A stretch of 32,000 nucleotides of DNA from Zygophlyctis sp. KS116 (Eukaryota > Fungi > Chytridiomycota): contig BAAFSQ010000067.1 in NCBI GenBank assembly GCA_054661495.1, positions 1-32,000 of the forward strand. Direction: 5' to 3'. Every line of letters begins with the position of its first letter. Within the stretch, counting starts at the first letter, position 1. Of the stretch, positions 1-11,147 are shown piece by piece. The position numbers and the translations under genes are program-made. Under the pieces are notes generated by a model. That model saw only the letters and a list, made by a program, of their open reading frames with translations, was not told the origin of the DNA and did not search any database.

Positions 1-473
1 TCTAGCTTTGGCAGCCGTATTTCTTACTAACCGTTTCATCACAAGATGCAGCCAATTTTTACGTAATAATATGTAGTTGCCTATCTGCCGAGATGATATA
101 TGAATTAAATACATTTAGAGCCTCGGTAAGCAATATAGATTTTGGAATAGTTTTTACCATGAGTATTTTAATGAGATAAAACTGATCATTATCTACAAAA
201 AGTAATTTAAAAAGTGCTGGTGTCCGATAAACATACATTTATGCTACAGAAACTTCTGTTTGATAAGTAACGGAGCTATGTGATCCATTAACAACCGATT
301 CCTCCTTCAAATGCAGAAGCAATCAGTGGTAGCAATGATAAATCTGAAAATTATAAGTAATATTGTCAATTTCCCGATATTCAATTCTGTTTTCAATACG
401 CTCTAAAGATAGATGATGTATAATGAGAAATTTTGTCATTCCATTACGATCAGTAATTTTTCATCTTACTTTT

Positions 474-525
474 GTCCCAAATTCCGTCCAAGCATAATTG
501 TTGTCCGGATATTGTCCTTGAGTCC
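474..525. promoter_or_regulatory. Cluster of five GTCC motifs upstream of the exonuclease-helicase start; candidate promoter element
   Basis: GTCC at 474, 486, 503, 514 and 522 in otherwise AT-rich DNA, 28-80 bp before ATG 554. Function is inferred only. Confidence 0.3.
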
Positions 526-553
526 TCGTGTTTTCCCCATAATTTTTGTTTGC

Positions 554-2951
554 ATGCTAATAGATCAAGTCCAGTCGTTTAGTAAGCATAAGTTCAAGTA
601 TGAATATATAAATGCGGGGTTTTCACTATCAGAGGCTCACATTGCATGGTTGAAGGAGTCAATGGGAAATAATTCATTGATTGGACTTGATACGGAATTT
701 TATTTTTCTCGTCTGTGCTTGATTCAACTGGGAACTGATCGCAAAGTACTGATTATTCAAATTTCAAAGAATTCAAAGAAAAGCAAAAAAACGATTGGTC
801 TATTAAAGGAAATTCTAGAGTCTGCAAATATCATTAAGGCAGGAGCTGGTACATTTTATTTATTTTAAAACTTTAGAACTATGGGGTGATGCTTCATTAA
901 TTTATCATAATCTAGGTATTAAATTAAACTCTGGATGTGATGTGACTCGAATCTTTAATAAAGGTTTCTCTGCCAAAAGAGGTCATTTTCCTACAACAAA
1001 GCAGAGAAAAGGATTGTTTGCAATGTATAATGATTTGTACCCATCAGCTAATCCTTTAAAAAAAGATTCTGAAACTACAGTTTCAAAATGGAATAAAGAA
1101 ATATTAGATCAGAGACAGCTCGAATACGCAGCACTTGATGCATATGTATCATATATGGTCGGAATGAAAGCAGTCGAATCCAATCCGGAGTTTGATAAGA
1201 TTAATTTCAATGGATTGAAGGATTTAAAGCTTTTTACGGCATTTCATGTGCAATTGCTCGATCAAGAATCAATTGGAATGAGTAAAGTGTTTGCCACGTC
1301 TTTTAGTGATACACAAAGAGCAGAAAATGGTCTCAAAATTGTTGTTACCAATGATCAATTTAGTAACAAATTGTCGTTTACTGATCGTGTTTCAGTTTAC
1401 TTTAAAAAAGGACCAATCATTCCGGGAACAGTAATGTTTGGCAAGAATGGAAAGACTAAAACGATAAAGCTTGATTTTTGTGCTCCTAAATCAGAAGTCA
1501 GAAAGATTCTAGTAATTGATACGAAGGAGGGATACGCTTATGATACAGTTTGTTCTGATCTATACTTTTCAAACTATTTTAGTGGTCGGGTGCGGCTGGA
1601 AGATTCTTCTTTATTGAAAGAGATGTACTCGAGAAAGAAAAGAGAGGAAATTACTGATCTTGAAGGTGCGCTTCAAGGCTTGAAAATCGACTCTACTGAA
1701 AATCTAAACCTTGCTCAGAAACATGCGATATATAATAGTTTAGACAGATCAACGTTGATTAATCTTATTAGAGGCCCTCCCGGTACAGGAAAGACAACTG
1801 TGATATCTAAAACAGTATCGTTGGGTCTAGAAGATAATATGCAATATATCATAACAGCTCAATCTAATGCTGCGACTCTTAATCTGGCTGTTGCTCTTAA
1901 GAAAAATGGTGTGCTTGATTATTGTATTATTGTCAGTGACAATTACTACGTCGAGGTACTTATTATTTTCCATTTAAATCATAGTGGCATGAAGAAGGTT
2001 ATAGAGATTTTATTTCCAAAGTTATTCAAACTTCCGCACTGAATAAAGATGGCAAAGATACGAGATTAAATAGTCGTGTGATTATATCGACAATCAGTCA
2101 ATTGTCCAATCCAAAAATAGGGCCCTCGCTTGTAAAGAAAGAACGCCTTCATTTGATAATTGATGAGGCAACACAGATTTGCCAAGCTGTTATTCCTCAT
2201 ATCCTTAGTAACTATGCAGATGCTCTACTAAAAGTAACTTTTGTAGGCGACGAAAAGCAACTTTCTCCGTTTGGAAGTGATCAGTTTTCAAGCATAAAGT
2301 CACCATTTGATGTATTAAGCTGCTCAGAGACATTTCTTAATGTTACTTATCGGCTGCCTTTTGAATTAACAAGTTTCATTTCAAAGCATGTTTATGCAAA
2401 GAAACTTTTACCTTTTAAAGTTTCAAGTACACATCCTATAGCATTTGTTGATATTCCAGGAACGGAAAATGAACCAAAGCCTGGAAAAATTATGGTATGT
2501 TTTATTTCAATAAAAAAAGAATGTTAAAGAGCAAAAGATTGCTATTTTACTTGCTACTAAAGAATTTAAGGAAAAGGACTTTTTGATAATTACAGGATAT
2601 AATCAGCAACGTGATGATATTAAGAAGGGTATCAAACTGGCTGGTCTTGATGAGGCCACCACTCAAAGACTTTGTTCAAAAGTACGGTCAGTAGATTCAG
2701 CACAAGGTCAAGAGGCAGATCATATCATTTTTGGGGTTACAAGAACAGCAAAAGTTGGGTTTCTTAAAAATCCAAGAAGAACTAATGTAGCGTTAACTAG
2801 ATGCAAAAAAAGTCTCATCATACTAGGAAGCTTTGATTTTTTGGAAGGAATTGGATCAAAAACTCTGATTGGAAAACTTTATTCTGAAATGAAGGAAAAA
2901 TCGAAAATCATTTCTTATCATGAAGTATTGAATGGGAAAAAAATAAATTGA
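554..2951 (+). CDS. Fusion of an N-terminal DEDDy 3'-5' exonuclease (WRN/EXD2/RNase D-like) and a C-terminal UPF1/DNA2-like SF1 helicase, ~771 aa
   Basis: Four ORF fragments join via GT-AG introns 849-876, 1956-1984 and 2495-2519. Exonuclease motifs: IGLDTE (ExoI), LWGD (ExoII), YAALDA (ExoIII). Helicase motifs: LNLAQ, GPPGTGKT, TAQSNAA, IIDEATQ, GDEKQLSP, YRLP, VDSAQGQEAD, RRTNVALTRCK. Start at ATG 554 is inferred; the frame is open from 413. Confidence 0.85.
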
Positions 2952-3289
2952 TTAAACACCTATTTTGAGATAATACAACCAGAAAACTTGTGAATTAAAC
3001 ATACGCATTTCTCTACATGGGGTCTTGTTTTATTTAATCAAGTAGCTTTGTTTATTTTATAAATCTTGGCAAATAGATCAATCCTAATGTATTTCAGATG
3101 TAGTATCATGATCCGTCCGAAAGTTTAAAAACGACCACAGGAAGTCCGAATTGCGAATGTTTGTCGTCTGCAAGAAAGAATAGAAGGAATCAAGTAATTT
3201 AAGATGACTGGCTCTGAAAGGCCTTTTACTTAAACCATCACTGAAATTTTCAAACGGTTCAAGCGTAAATTATCTAAGAATTGACTGAT

Positions 3290-4263
3290 ATGGAAAATTC
3301 GCTTCTATGGATTCCTGTCACTCTATTTATTAAGGAAATACATGAACTAGTGGCTTCTGGGATGGGATATCGTTTGAATACCTTTAATGTAAGATGTGTA
3401 CAAATAACGGGCATAATTACTGCCAAGGATTTAAATAGAAAATTTATTGAATATGCTGGTAAATCCTTCAAACTAAACATAGTTGATGATGGAACCGGTG
3501 TGCTAAACTGCATTCATTGGAAGGATCACATGGATGTAAAACTGGGGGATTTAGTGACAATAAATGGGAAAGTTCAAGATTTTAGAAACAAAAGACAATT
3601 GAACATCACACATATTATAATAGAAAAAGATCCAAATATAGAACTGCTAAGGAATTTAACGACCATTACAAATCATGATATCTATGATATGCCTACTTTG
3701 AACTCTCAGCAAGGCTTTACAATGTCAATAGCCAAAGTAAAACGTCAACAATATTCAGATCACGTTTACAATAATTGCAGTTATGTAACAGAGAGTGGTT
3801 TAACCGCATTCATTCACGCACGATTAAATGAAGAGTTTGCTGATGGATCATTTACTTACAATCAAATATTACAGGAATCCAAAATTGTGGAGTATGCTTT
3901 AAGCGTACTAAGTGGACAATTCAATGAGTCTAATCCCAGCAGTAGTAGAATATCTAGTCTACTAAAGAAAAGTGTTTCGGATCTTACTAAGCAAGGTGAT
4001 TTGTGTAAATTTAAATAATAGGACTTATCATTCTAATAGATGAGTATGATGACATATATTCATTAGTTAACGATATCGATTTAGATCAAATAGTACACAA
4101 TTGGTTAAAACAAGAATCGTGTCTAGAATTACTTGTATCAAAATTACGAGAAGAATCAAAATATCAGCATGCAACCAGATCTCGAGTAAAAAATGCAGTC
4201 GGGAGACTCATTGAACACGGTTTGATCTATGAGAGAGAGAAGGATGTGTATGGTTGTGTGTAG
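3290..4263 (+). CDS. STN1: CST complex subunit Stn1 (RPA2-like OB fold plus C-terminal winged helices), ~315 aa
   Basis: OB-fold motifs TLFIKEIH, VQITGIIT, VDDGTGVLNC, GDLVTINGKV..FRNKRQL, DPNIEL. A 26-nt intron at 3996-4021 adds a wHTH-like exon ending LIEHGLIYEREKDVYGCV and TAG at 4261-4263. Confidence 0.8.
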
Positions 4264-4272
4264 CTTTACATA

Positions 4273-7200
4273 ATGAGTTTTGAACATTCAGTTTCTGCAA
4301 GTAATTAAATAGATGCTAATGCAAGGCAATTCTAATAAACCAATAGTATCTGCCGTATTTGATTGTAAGAAAGAAATCTCATGGTCCGGCGATGAGTCTG
4401 TATATTTCATCTTTTAATTAAAGGGCCAAATCACATCTTTCATTGTAGATCAAGATCCGCTGCGGTATACGAGCTTTCCAGTTTCTAAAGCCTCAGTAGA
4501 TGGTCTGCTATCAATATCGGCCGGGGTCGTGAGTTTGTCGGGATCGCAGCTGAAAATGATAACTAGGGGCGGATATGCAATGTGGAAATTGGCATTCGAC
4601 TCATCCATCACATCTTTAGCAGGATCAGCTCATGATGAAACTCAAGTATATGTTGCAGGGAAAGAGAAGGTGATGGCGATTAATTTGCAAAAAAAAACTG
4701 TGGTTAGAGAGGTAATATCATGAATTTTTGAACATTTAAGTTAAAAACTGCAAAACCAATTACAAAGATTAGAAAAGGCCTTCTTCTATGCTGTGCAACG
4801 GACGCAGGAAATGTAGAGATACAGGATCTTCAGAGCTTTAAGACACTGGCGAGCTTAAGGGCTCACTCTGGGAGAATTGATGATTTGGACTTGGAAGGGT
4901 ACACACTGGTGACGTGTGGCTCCTCACTACGGTACGTTTTATATTTAATGATTACAGAAATGGAATTTATAGAAGTGATCCGTTAGTCAATGTTTATGAT
5001 CTAAGGATGATGAAAGCTCTTCCCGCAGTGCAGTATGATCTAGGACCATCATTTTTGAAAATAGTGCCAACGTTTCCTTCACTGCTATACTCTTGTACCA
5101 GATCTGGGCGTTTTCAGTTGATGGATATCAATACATTTCAACAAAGTTTGTGGGATCAAGTATTTTTTTCCTTGATAATAATAGATATCCACTGTGGGTA
5201 AAATTACAACGATGTCCTTGTCTAGTTCAAGGCACATTATTCAATTTGGTGACACTTATGGAAATATTACATTTAAAAATTTTCAGGATATGGCCAAAGT
5301 AAACATATCATCTTCTGAACTTGAATATTGTGATTATCCTGATGATAATCCAGATATTATTATTTCAGAGAACGAGTAAGTTTATTATTTTTCATCAAAA
5401 AGTCCGTTGTCTTTAGTTGGAATGCCTTACTATAAAAGTCAATTGTTGAGTGCCTGGCCTAAAAAAATGCTTTTCAAGATTGGTCGTCCTACTCCAAAAA
5501 TCCCATCTGAAGTGCTGGCTAACATTAAAATGGTTGATTTTGTCGGCTGTTCTACGAAACCAGACTATTTAAAAGGCAATCAAATTCTCTCTCTTTCATA
5601 TAAAGAGCATCCAAGTGCGCCGATTTTTCATTCACAGACTCTAAAGGAAAAGGTTTTTGGAAAATCTTCAAGTAACTTAGATGTTTCTATGGTAAAGTAT
5701 TTTTAAGTGCTTAAAGTAGAGTCCAAAACCCATTCAATCGCTAATTCCGTCTTATTATCATAAAATCGAAATTAAATATTCAAAATTCGGTATCGAAGAT
5801 TTCAACTTTAGCTTTTACAATAATACTAGATATGGTGGTTTGGAAAATCACATTCGTAATGAATATCTGAATTCTCTTCTTCAGACGTATTTTTTTATTG
5901 CAGAATTTCGAGAAGTTTGTAAATCGCATTTGAAAGTGAATTGTCCAAGTAGTGGATGTCTTATGTGTGAACTTGGATTTCTATTTAGAATGCTTGAAGA
6001 TGCAAAGGGTATTAATTGCCAGGCCACCAACTTTTATAAGACATTTAGTAGCATTCCTGAAGGTAACAGAATTAATCTTATTAATAACAGCCAATTCGCT
6101 TAATTTATTAGAGCAGGAACGAGCTACCGAGGCTGTTTCTTATGGTAAACTTGTTCAACGAGCAAATCGCTTTATTCTAGAGCAAATATCAAGAGAGGCA
6201 GAGAAAACAGATCATTCTAAAACCGATATTATGAAACGAATTTTTGGATTTAATATGCTATCAATAACTAGATGTTTCTGTTCAGAAGAGACAACTCGAG
6301 ATAGTATATTGAACGTGATTGATCTTGTTTATTCTAAATCGGTAATGCATTGTTAATTTAAAAATTGAAAGACTATTATTGGAACGAAATCTTCCCCTTC
6401 CAAATCAAGCAAGCTTACATTCTGTAATGTATTGGAGCAGAGCTTAAAAAGGGAAGCTTATAGTAAAGGGTGGTGTCAGTCTTGCAATAAATATGAGCGC
6501 ATGACTCAAACTCGAATGGTGCTCAAATTGCCTATTGTTTTGAACTTGAACACGAATATTGGAGATCCTACAATCCATGAAATATGGATTTCTGATCCTA
6601 ATTGGCTGCCAAAGACGTAAGAATAACGTAATTTTTAATCAAATTTAGAATTGGGATATGTAATGATAATGGAGAGTTGTCAGTTCATCGTTTGGATATT
6701 GAAAATGAGCCGCTTTCAAATCAGAATATGGAGATTTATGAGCTTAAAGTACTTAATAGTTTGCCGTAATATTAATAGTCCATTATGGCTGAAATAAAGC
6801 AAGAAAGAAATGCTGTGCAAAATCTAGTTACCCATGTTCGAGGTATAGTATAAATCATTTTTACTTCAAGGACATGAAGATAGACCAGATTGGATGATTT
6901 TAAATGATTTTTTGATTCAATGGATTCCTGAAGAGGATGTTTTGAACTGCAAAGATTGGAAAGTATTTAACGCTATATTAAATTAGTAGACACCATGCGT
7001 GATTCAATACATTGCAAAACGTCACCTTTCCAAATCAGATCTGGAAAACAATAGCTCAGCATTAGATGCCTCTTTATTATGTAATCAGAATCTTTTGAAG
7101 TATTCTTATCTTTTTAACATATAGCCGAAAAAAAGATAGCAAATTAAGCATTCACTATCAACTTTTATCCAGTGCAGAAATCGAATCGCTTCAAAATTTC

Positions 7201-7870
7201 GAACTAGGAATTGATTCAGAATTTGTGTCTCTTGTAAAAGAAGAAATTGAAATACATTCAGATGGGACCAGATCGATTATAAGACCTTCCCGCCTTGGAC
7301 TTGCAAGAGTTTCCTGCGTTCGAGGTAATAAATTAAATATAAATCAAAAAAGGGCAAGGACCGCTAGAGGGAATACCATTTATGGACGATTACATTATAA
7401 GTGGGGAGCCTGTCGTTGATTATCTAACTGAATATTCTGGAATTACTGCAAATGATCTCGACCCTATCTCTTCTAACCGACCTCTAGTAACTTTGAAAAC
7501 TGCATACAAAAAGCTGCGTATTTTGGTTGATTATGGTTGCATTTTCATTGGGCACGGTCTTAAAAAAGACTTTAGAATTATGAATATTTTGATCCCACCT
7601 TCTCAAGTTGTTGATACAGTTGAATTATACTTTATACCTTCTAAACAGCGATTACTATCATTAAGATTTTTAGCGTGGATTGTATTGGGTCAAATAATTC
7701 AAGAAGACTCACATGACTCTATAGTAGATGCCAAGATCTCTCTGGATTTATATAAAAAGTATAAGGAATGTACGGCAAACGGCACTTTTGAAACTCTTGT
7801 TGAAAAGATTTACATGGACGGTACTGCATTTGGATTCAAAGTTCCACCTCTGGGCAGATTGGACTCTTGA
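4273..7870 (+). CDS. PAN2: Poly(A) nuclease catalytic subunit Pan2 (WD40, pseudo-UCH, DEDD exonuclease), ~1061 aa, 15 introns
   Basis: Motifs PLSLVGMPYY, IKYSKFGIEDFNF, GLENHIRNEYLNSLLQ, CLMCELGFLFRML, GIDSEFV, LARVSCVRG, DYLTEYSGI, GHGLKKDFR, HDSIVDA. Introns: 4301-4325, 4400-4423, 4712-4740, 4932-4957, 5160-5184, 5376-5402, 5692-5719, 6063-6090, 6342-6371, 6617-6648, 6749-6778, 6843-6870, 6963-6989, 7100-7124, 7325-7352. Removing them gives one continuous frame. Confidence 0.95.
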
Positions 7871-7972
7871 CCGAGACGCTGGAATAGTCTTGTCAACCTC
7901 TATAATTGGATGAGTGTCTCTAAATTTAAAATGTATAAAAAGAGAGAAATTCTACTCTCCAAGGAAATTTTT

Positions 7973-8146
7973 ATGTCAAAAACGGAAATTCCTGATGAAT
8001 ATATTGCAGCTTTACTCAAAGAAGAAGCTGCCGACCTTGACAAAAAGTATAAAGAACAAGGCATTTCCGCATTTTCCCAAAGAAAATCCAGAATCAATAA
8101 AACATTTGCCAGAAATATTATTAAACAAACTTCAAGAGGAAAGTAG
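7973..8146 (+). CDS. Small hypothetical protein (~57 aa) resembling the N-terminus of a conserved uncharacterised fungal family
   Basis: PDEYIAALLKEEA..KYKEQGISAF..INKTFARNIIK resembles the recalled fungal pattern DDYVA.LL..EA....KYS..G..AF....NTRFLRNII. In-frame ATGs at 7910 and 7931 are alternative starts. Confidence 0.5.
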   Translation: MSKTEIPDEYIAALLKEEAADLDKKYKEQGISAFSQRKSRINKTFARNIIKQTSRGK

Positions 8147-8707
8147 AAATGTAGCTGCCTGGTCTAAATTTCCCCCATGTAATTCTAATGCCTCTTGTGC
8201 CTTTTCTCTATCAAACCCAAGTTCTGCCAATTTCTCTACTTGACTCTCATACGACTTTTTTTTACTAGTTGAATAAAGCATTTGTGATACTTTTGGAACA
8301 ATTAGATCTGATATTCTTTCAGAGACAACAGAGAGAAGAATCTTGCTGAATGAAGATAGAAGAATCAGAGGAGAAATTAAAAACAGATTTAACGGTTCTT
8401 TCCAAATTGGGGCAATCTTCTTGTGATACTTTAAAAAGAGAGAGAATATTAATACTTCATACTTTAGAGGTACAGAGTCTGTCCAGATCCAATTCATGCC
8501 TGACGCCAAGAGACTTTGCAGTAGAAAGTTGGAACTTAGGAATATTCCAAGTTGCAGAGAAGAATACAAGACTTCCAAGTCTTTCATTTGCCAAAACAAA
8601 TAGCTACAAGATATCAATGATAATTGCGAAGAGTAGAACACAGGAATTTGACTAAATGTACCCAAAATTCCAATTAATATACTCGTCTTTATTACTGGGA
8701 AATCCAT
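8132..8707 (-). CDS. Membrane protein with C-terminal UBA domain, UBAC2/Dsc2-like rhomboid pseudoprotease, ~191 aa
   Basis: Hydrophobic segments, PVIK near the N-terminus, WQMKDLEVLYSS (resembles R.LER..GS), and a clear UBA domain VEKLAELGFDREKAQEALELHGGNLDQAATFLL. Confidence 0.65.
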   Translation of the reverse strand: MDFPVIKTSILIGILGTFSQIPVFYSSQLSLISCSYLFWQMKDLEVLYSSLQLGIFLSSNFLLQSLLASGMNWIWTDSVPLKYEVLIFSLFLKYHKKIAPIWKEPLNLFLISPLILLSSFSKILLSVVSERISDLIVPKVSQMLYSTSKKKSYESQVEKLAELGFDREKAQEALELHGGNLDQAATFLLSS

Positions 8708-8788
8708 CTCAAAGGTCAAGGAATCAAAAATTATAAAGATACTCTCTTACAACCATAGAATCATGGTTTTTCTAAATATCTTGAGATT

Positions 8789-11051
8789 TTACCATGGCTT
8801 TTTGATCCTTGATTCGACAGATTTTCCAGTGTAGAATTCAACTAGAGCTTTGACTTTTACAGACACGCTATCAGGCGTTAATTCAAACTTTTTCATCAAA
8901 TCTTTGGCTGGAGCAGAGGCACCAAAGCGATCAATGCCAATAGAGGCGTGAGCATAGCGATTCCATCCAAATGTAGACATGGCTTCTAGCGAAAGAACTG
9001 GGATTCCATCAGGGAAAACGCTAAACTTGTAATCTTGATTCTGAGCTTCAAATAGCTCCCAAGATGGCATTGAGATTACACGGATCGGTAATGATACTTG
9101 GGATAAGGAATTAGCAGTTTCTATTGCTAGAGAAACTTCTGATCCAGTGGCTACAATTATAGCTTTTGGTTGAGAAGATGGCTCTTGCACTATATATGCA
9201 CCACAAAGAGTTTTTTCAATACTACTTCCAGCCAATTGTGGGAGATTTTGACGACTTTGATTAAACTTAAAATTAATTTACCTTAATATAAGCACGCTCG
9301 GTCCAGTCTTATTCTCTAATGCTGCCTTGTAACAACCAGATGTCTAAAAAGTAAAGTAAAATAAATGATACTTCATTTCCATCTGCAGGACGCAAGGTTA
9401 AAATATTTGGCATTGATCTTATACCAGCCAGAGTTTCAATTGGTTGATGAGTGGGGCCATCTTCTCCTAAGCCAATAGAATCATGAGTCATAATATATAA
9501 CACTTGATGTTTAGATAAGGCAGAAAGACGAACTGCACCCATTGCGTATCTGTATTTTTATAAAAAAAATAAAGTACCCTATAAAATTGAAAAAGGTAGC
9601 ACCAAAAGGTATCATGGACCCAAATGCAGATATTCCATTACAAATTGCAGCCATTGCGTGTTCACGTACTCCAAATCGAATGTAACGCCCGCTATATTTA
9701 CCTAATCCAGCCGAATCCTATCTATGAGAATCAAACAAATTCACATTCTGAAAGTCCACTGCACCCTTCCATCTGGTTAGATTAGATCCAGTCAAATCAG
9801 CTGATCCACCAATCATTTCGGGAAGGACAGGGGCAATCTTGTTCAAAACTGCTTCTGAAAGCTTTCGTGTGGCTACAGGAGGATCAGTTGGGCTATAAGA
9901 GGGAAGGAGTTTATCCCAGTTATCAGGTAAACGTCCTTCATTACGTCGTGTTATCTGAGCTGCTTCATCTGGATAGGCTCTTGAATAAGAAGCAAACAAT
10001 CTATCCCATTCTCTTTCGGCTTGATTACCAAAATCAGCAAATTCCTTGTAATATGAATACACCTAAATCATAAATTATAGCGAGGATACCTCTTCAGGAA
10101 TACAAAACTTTTCATTTGGGTTAAAACCAAATTTGATTTTCAACTGAGCAATATCTGCGTCACCTAACGGTGCTCCGTGTACTTTTTCTTCGCCAGCATT
10201 AAGAGATCCAAAGCCTATAGTTGTTCTAATCTATTATATGACAGTGATTCACCTGATCTTAATTAGCGAAGGTTTATCCGTGACACTCTTAGCCTTTTCC
10301 ACAGCCTGAATAATACCTTCTAAATCATCATCACCATTCCCAACAGTTTGTGTATGCCATCCGCAAGCCTCAAATCTCTGACACACATCTTCCGTAAAGC
10401 CCAAAGCAGTATCTCCGTCTATAGAAATATGATTATCATCATCTAGAATTAAATCAAGTCAAATACAAAGAACAATTAAACGACCTAGCTTCAAGTGTCC
10501 TGCCAAAGAAATAGATTCTAATGCCACCCCTTCTTGAAGGCAACCATCCCCAATTATTACAAAAGTAAAATTTGAAAAAAGATCAAATGAAGGTCTGTTA
10601 AAAGTAGCAGCCAAATGAGCTTGAGCTATAGCCAATCCTACAGCATTTGAAATTCCCTGGCCTAAAGGACCAGTCGAAACTTCTATTCCAGCAACACCGT
10701 GATTAGCTTCCGGATGTCCGGGAGTTTTGGAATCCAACTGACGGAATGATTTCAAATCATCCATCGTTAAAGAGTATCCCATCAAATGAAGCATCATATA
10801 AAGTAATGCACATCCGTGACCATTTGAAAGAACAAAACGATCACGATTAATCTAAGTTATTTTAGATTATTAATTACCCATTTCGGCGTCGCAGGTGAAC
10901 ATTTAATAAATCTAGAGAACAAGACATGCGCCATTGGAGCGCAACCCATTGGGGCACCTGGATGGCCCGAATTGGCCTTTTGCACAATATCAGCAGCTAA
11001 AACCCTCAATGTCGAAACAGATAACTGATCTAACGATGACTTTGCTTTCAT
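8789..11051 (-). CDS. TKL1: Transketolase, ~682 aa, 8 introns
   Basis: Motifs [93 protein letters not shown]. Introns: 10852-10877, 10443-10466, 10226-10252, 10063-10089, 9718-9744, 9550-9577, 9344-9371, 9255-9281. Confidence 0.97.
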
Positions 11052-11147
11052 TTTCCAGACGACCCAAACCTGAAAGTTTGATCTTCCCACCGTAAGTGCC
11101 TCGACTTGTCAAGATTGACTTTACACACACAGTTAGGTTTTGAACAA

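Noticed and set aside
3221-3230. GCCTTTTACT matches U5 snRNA loop I
   Set aside because: The flanks do not form the required stem and no convincing Sm site or 3' stem-loop follows. An Infernal search with the U5 model would settle it.
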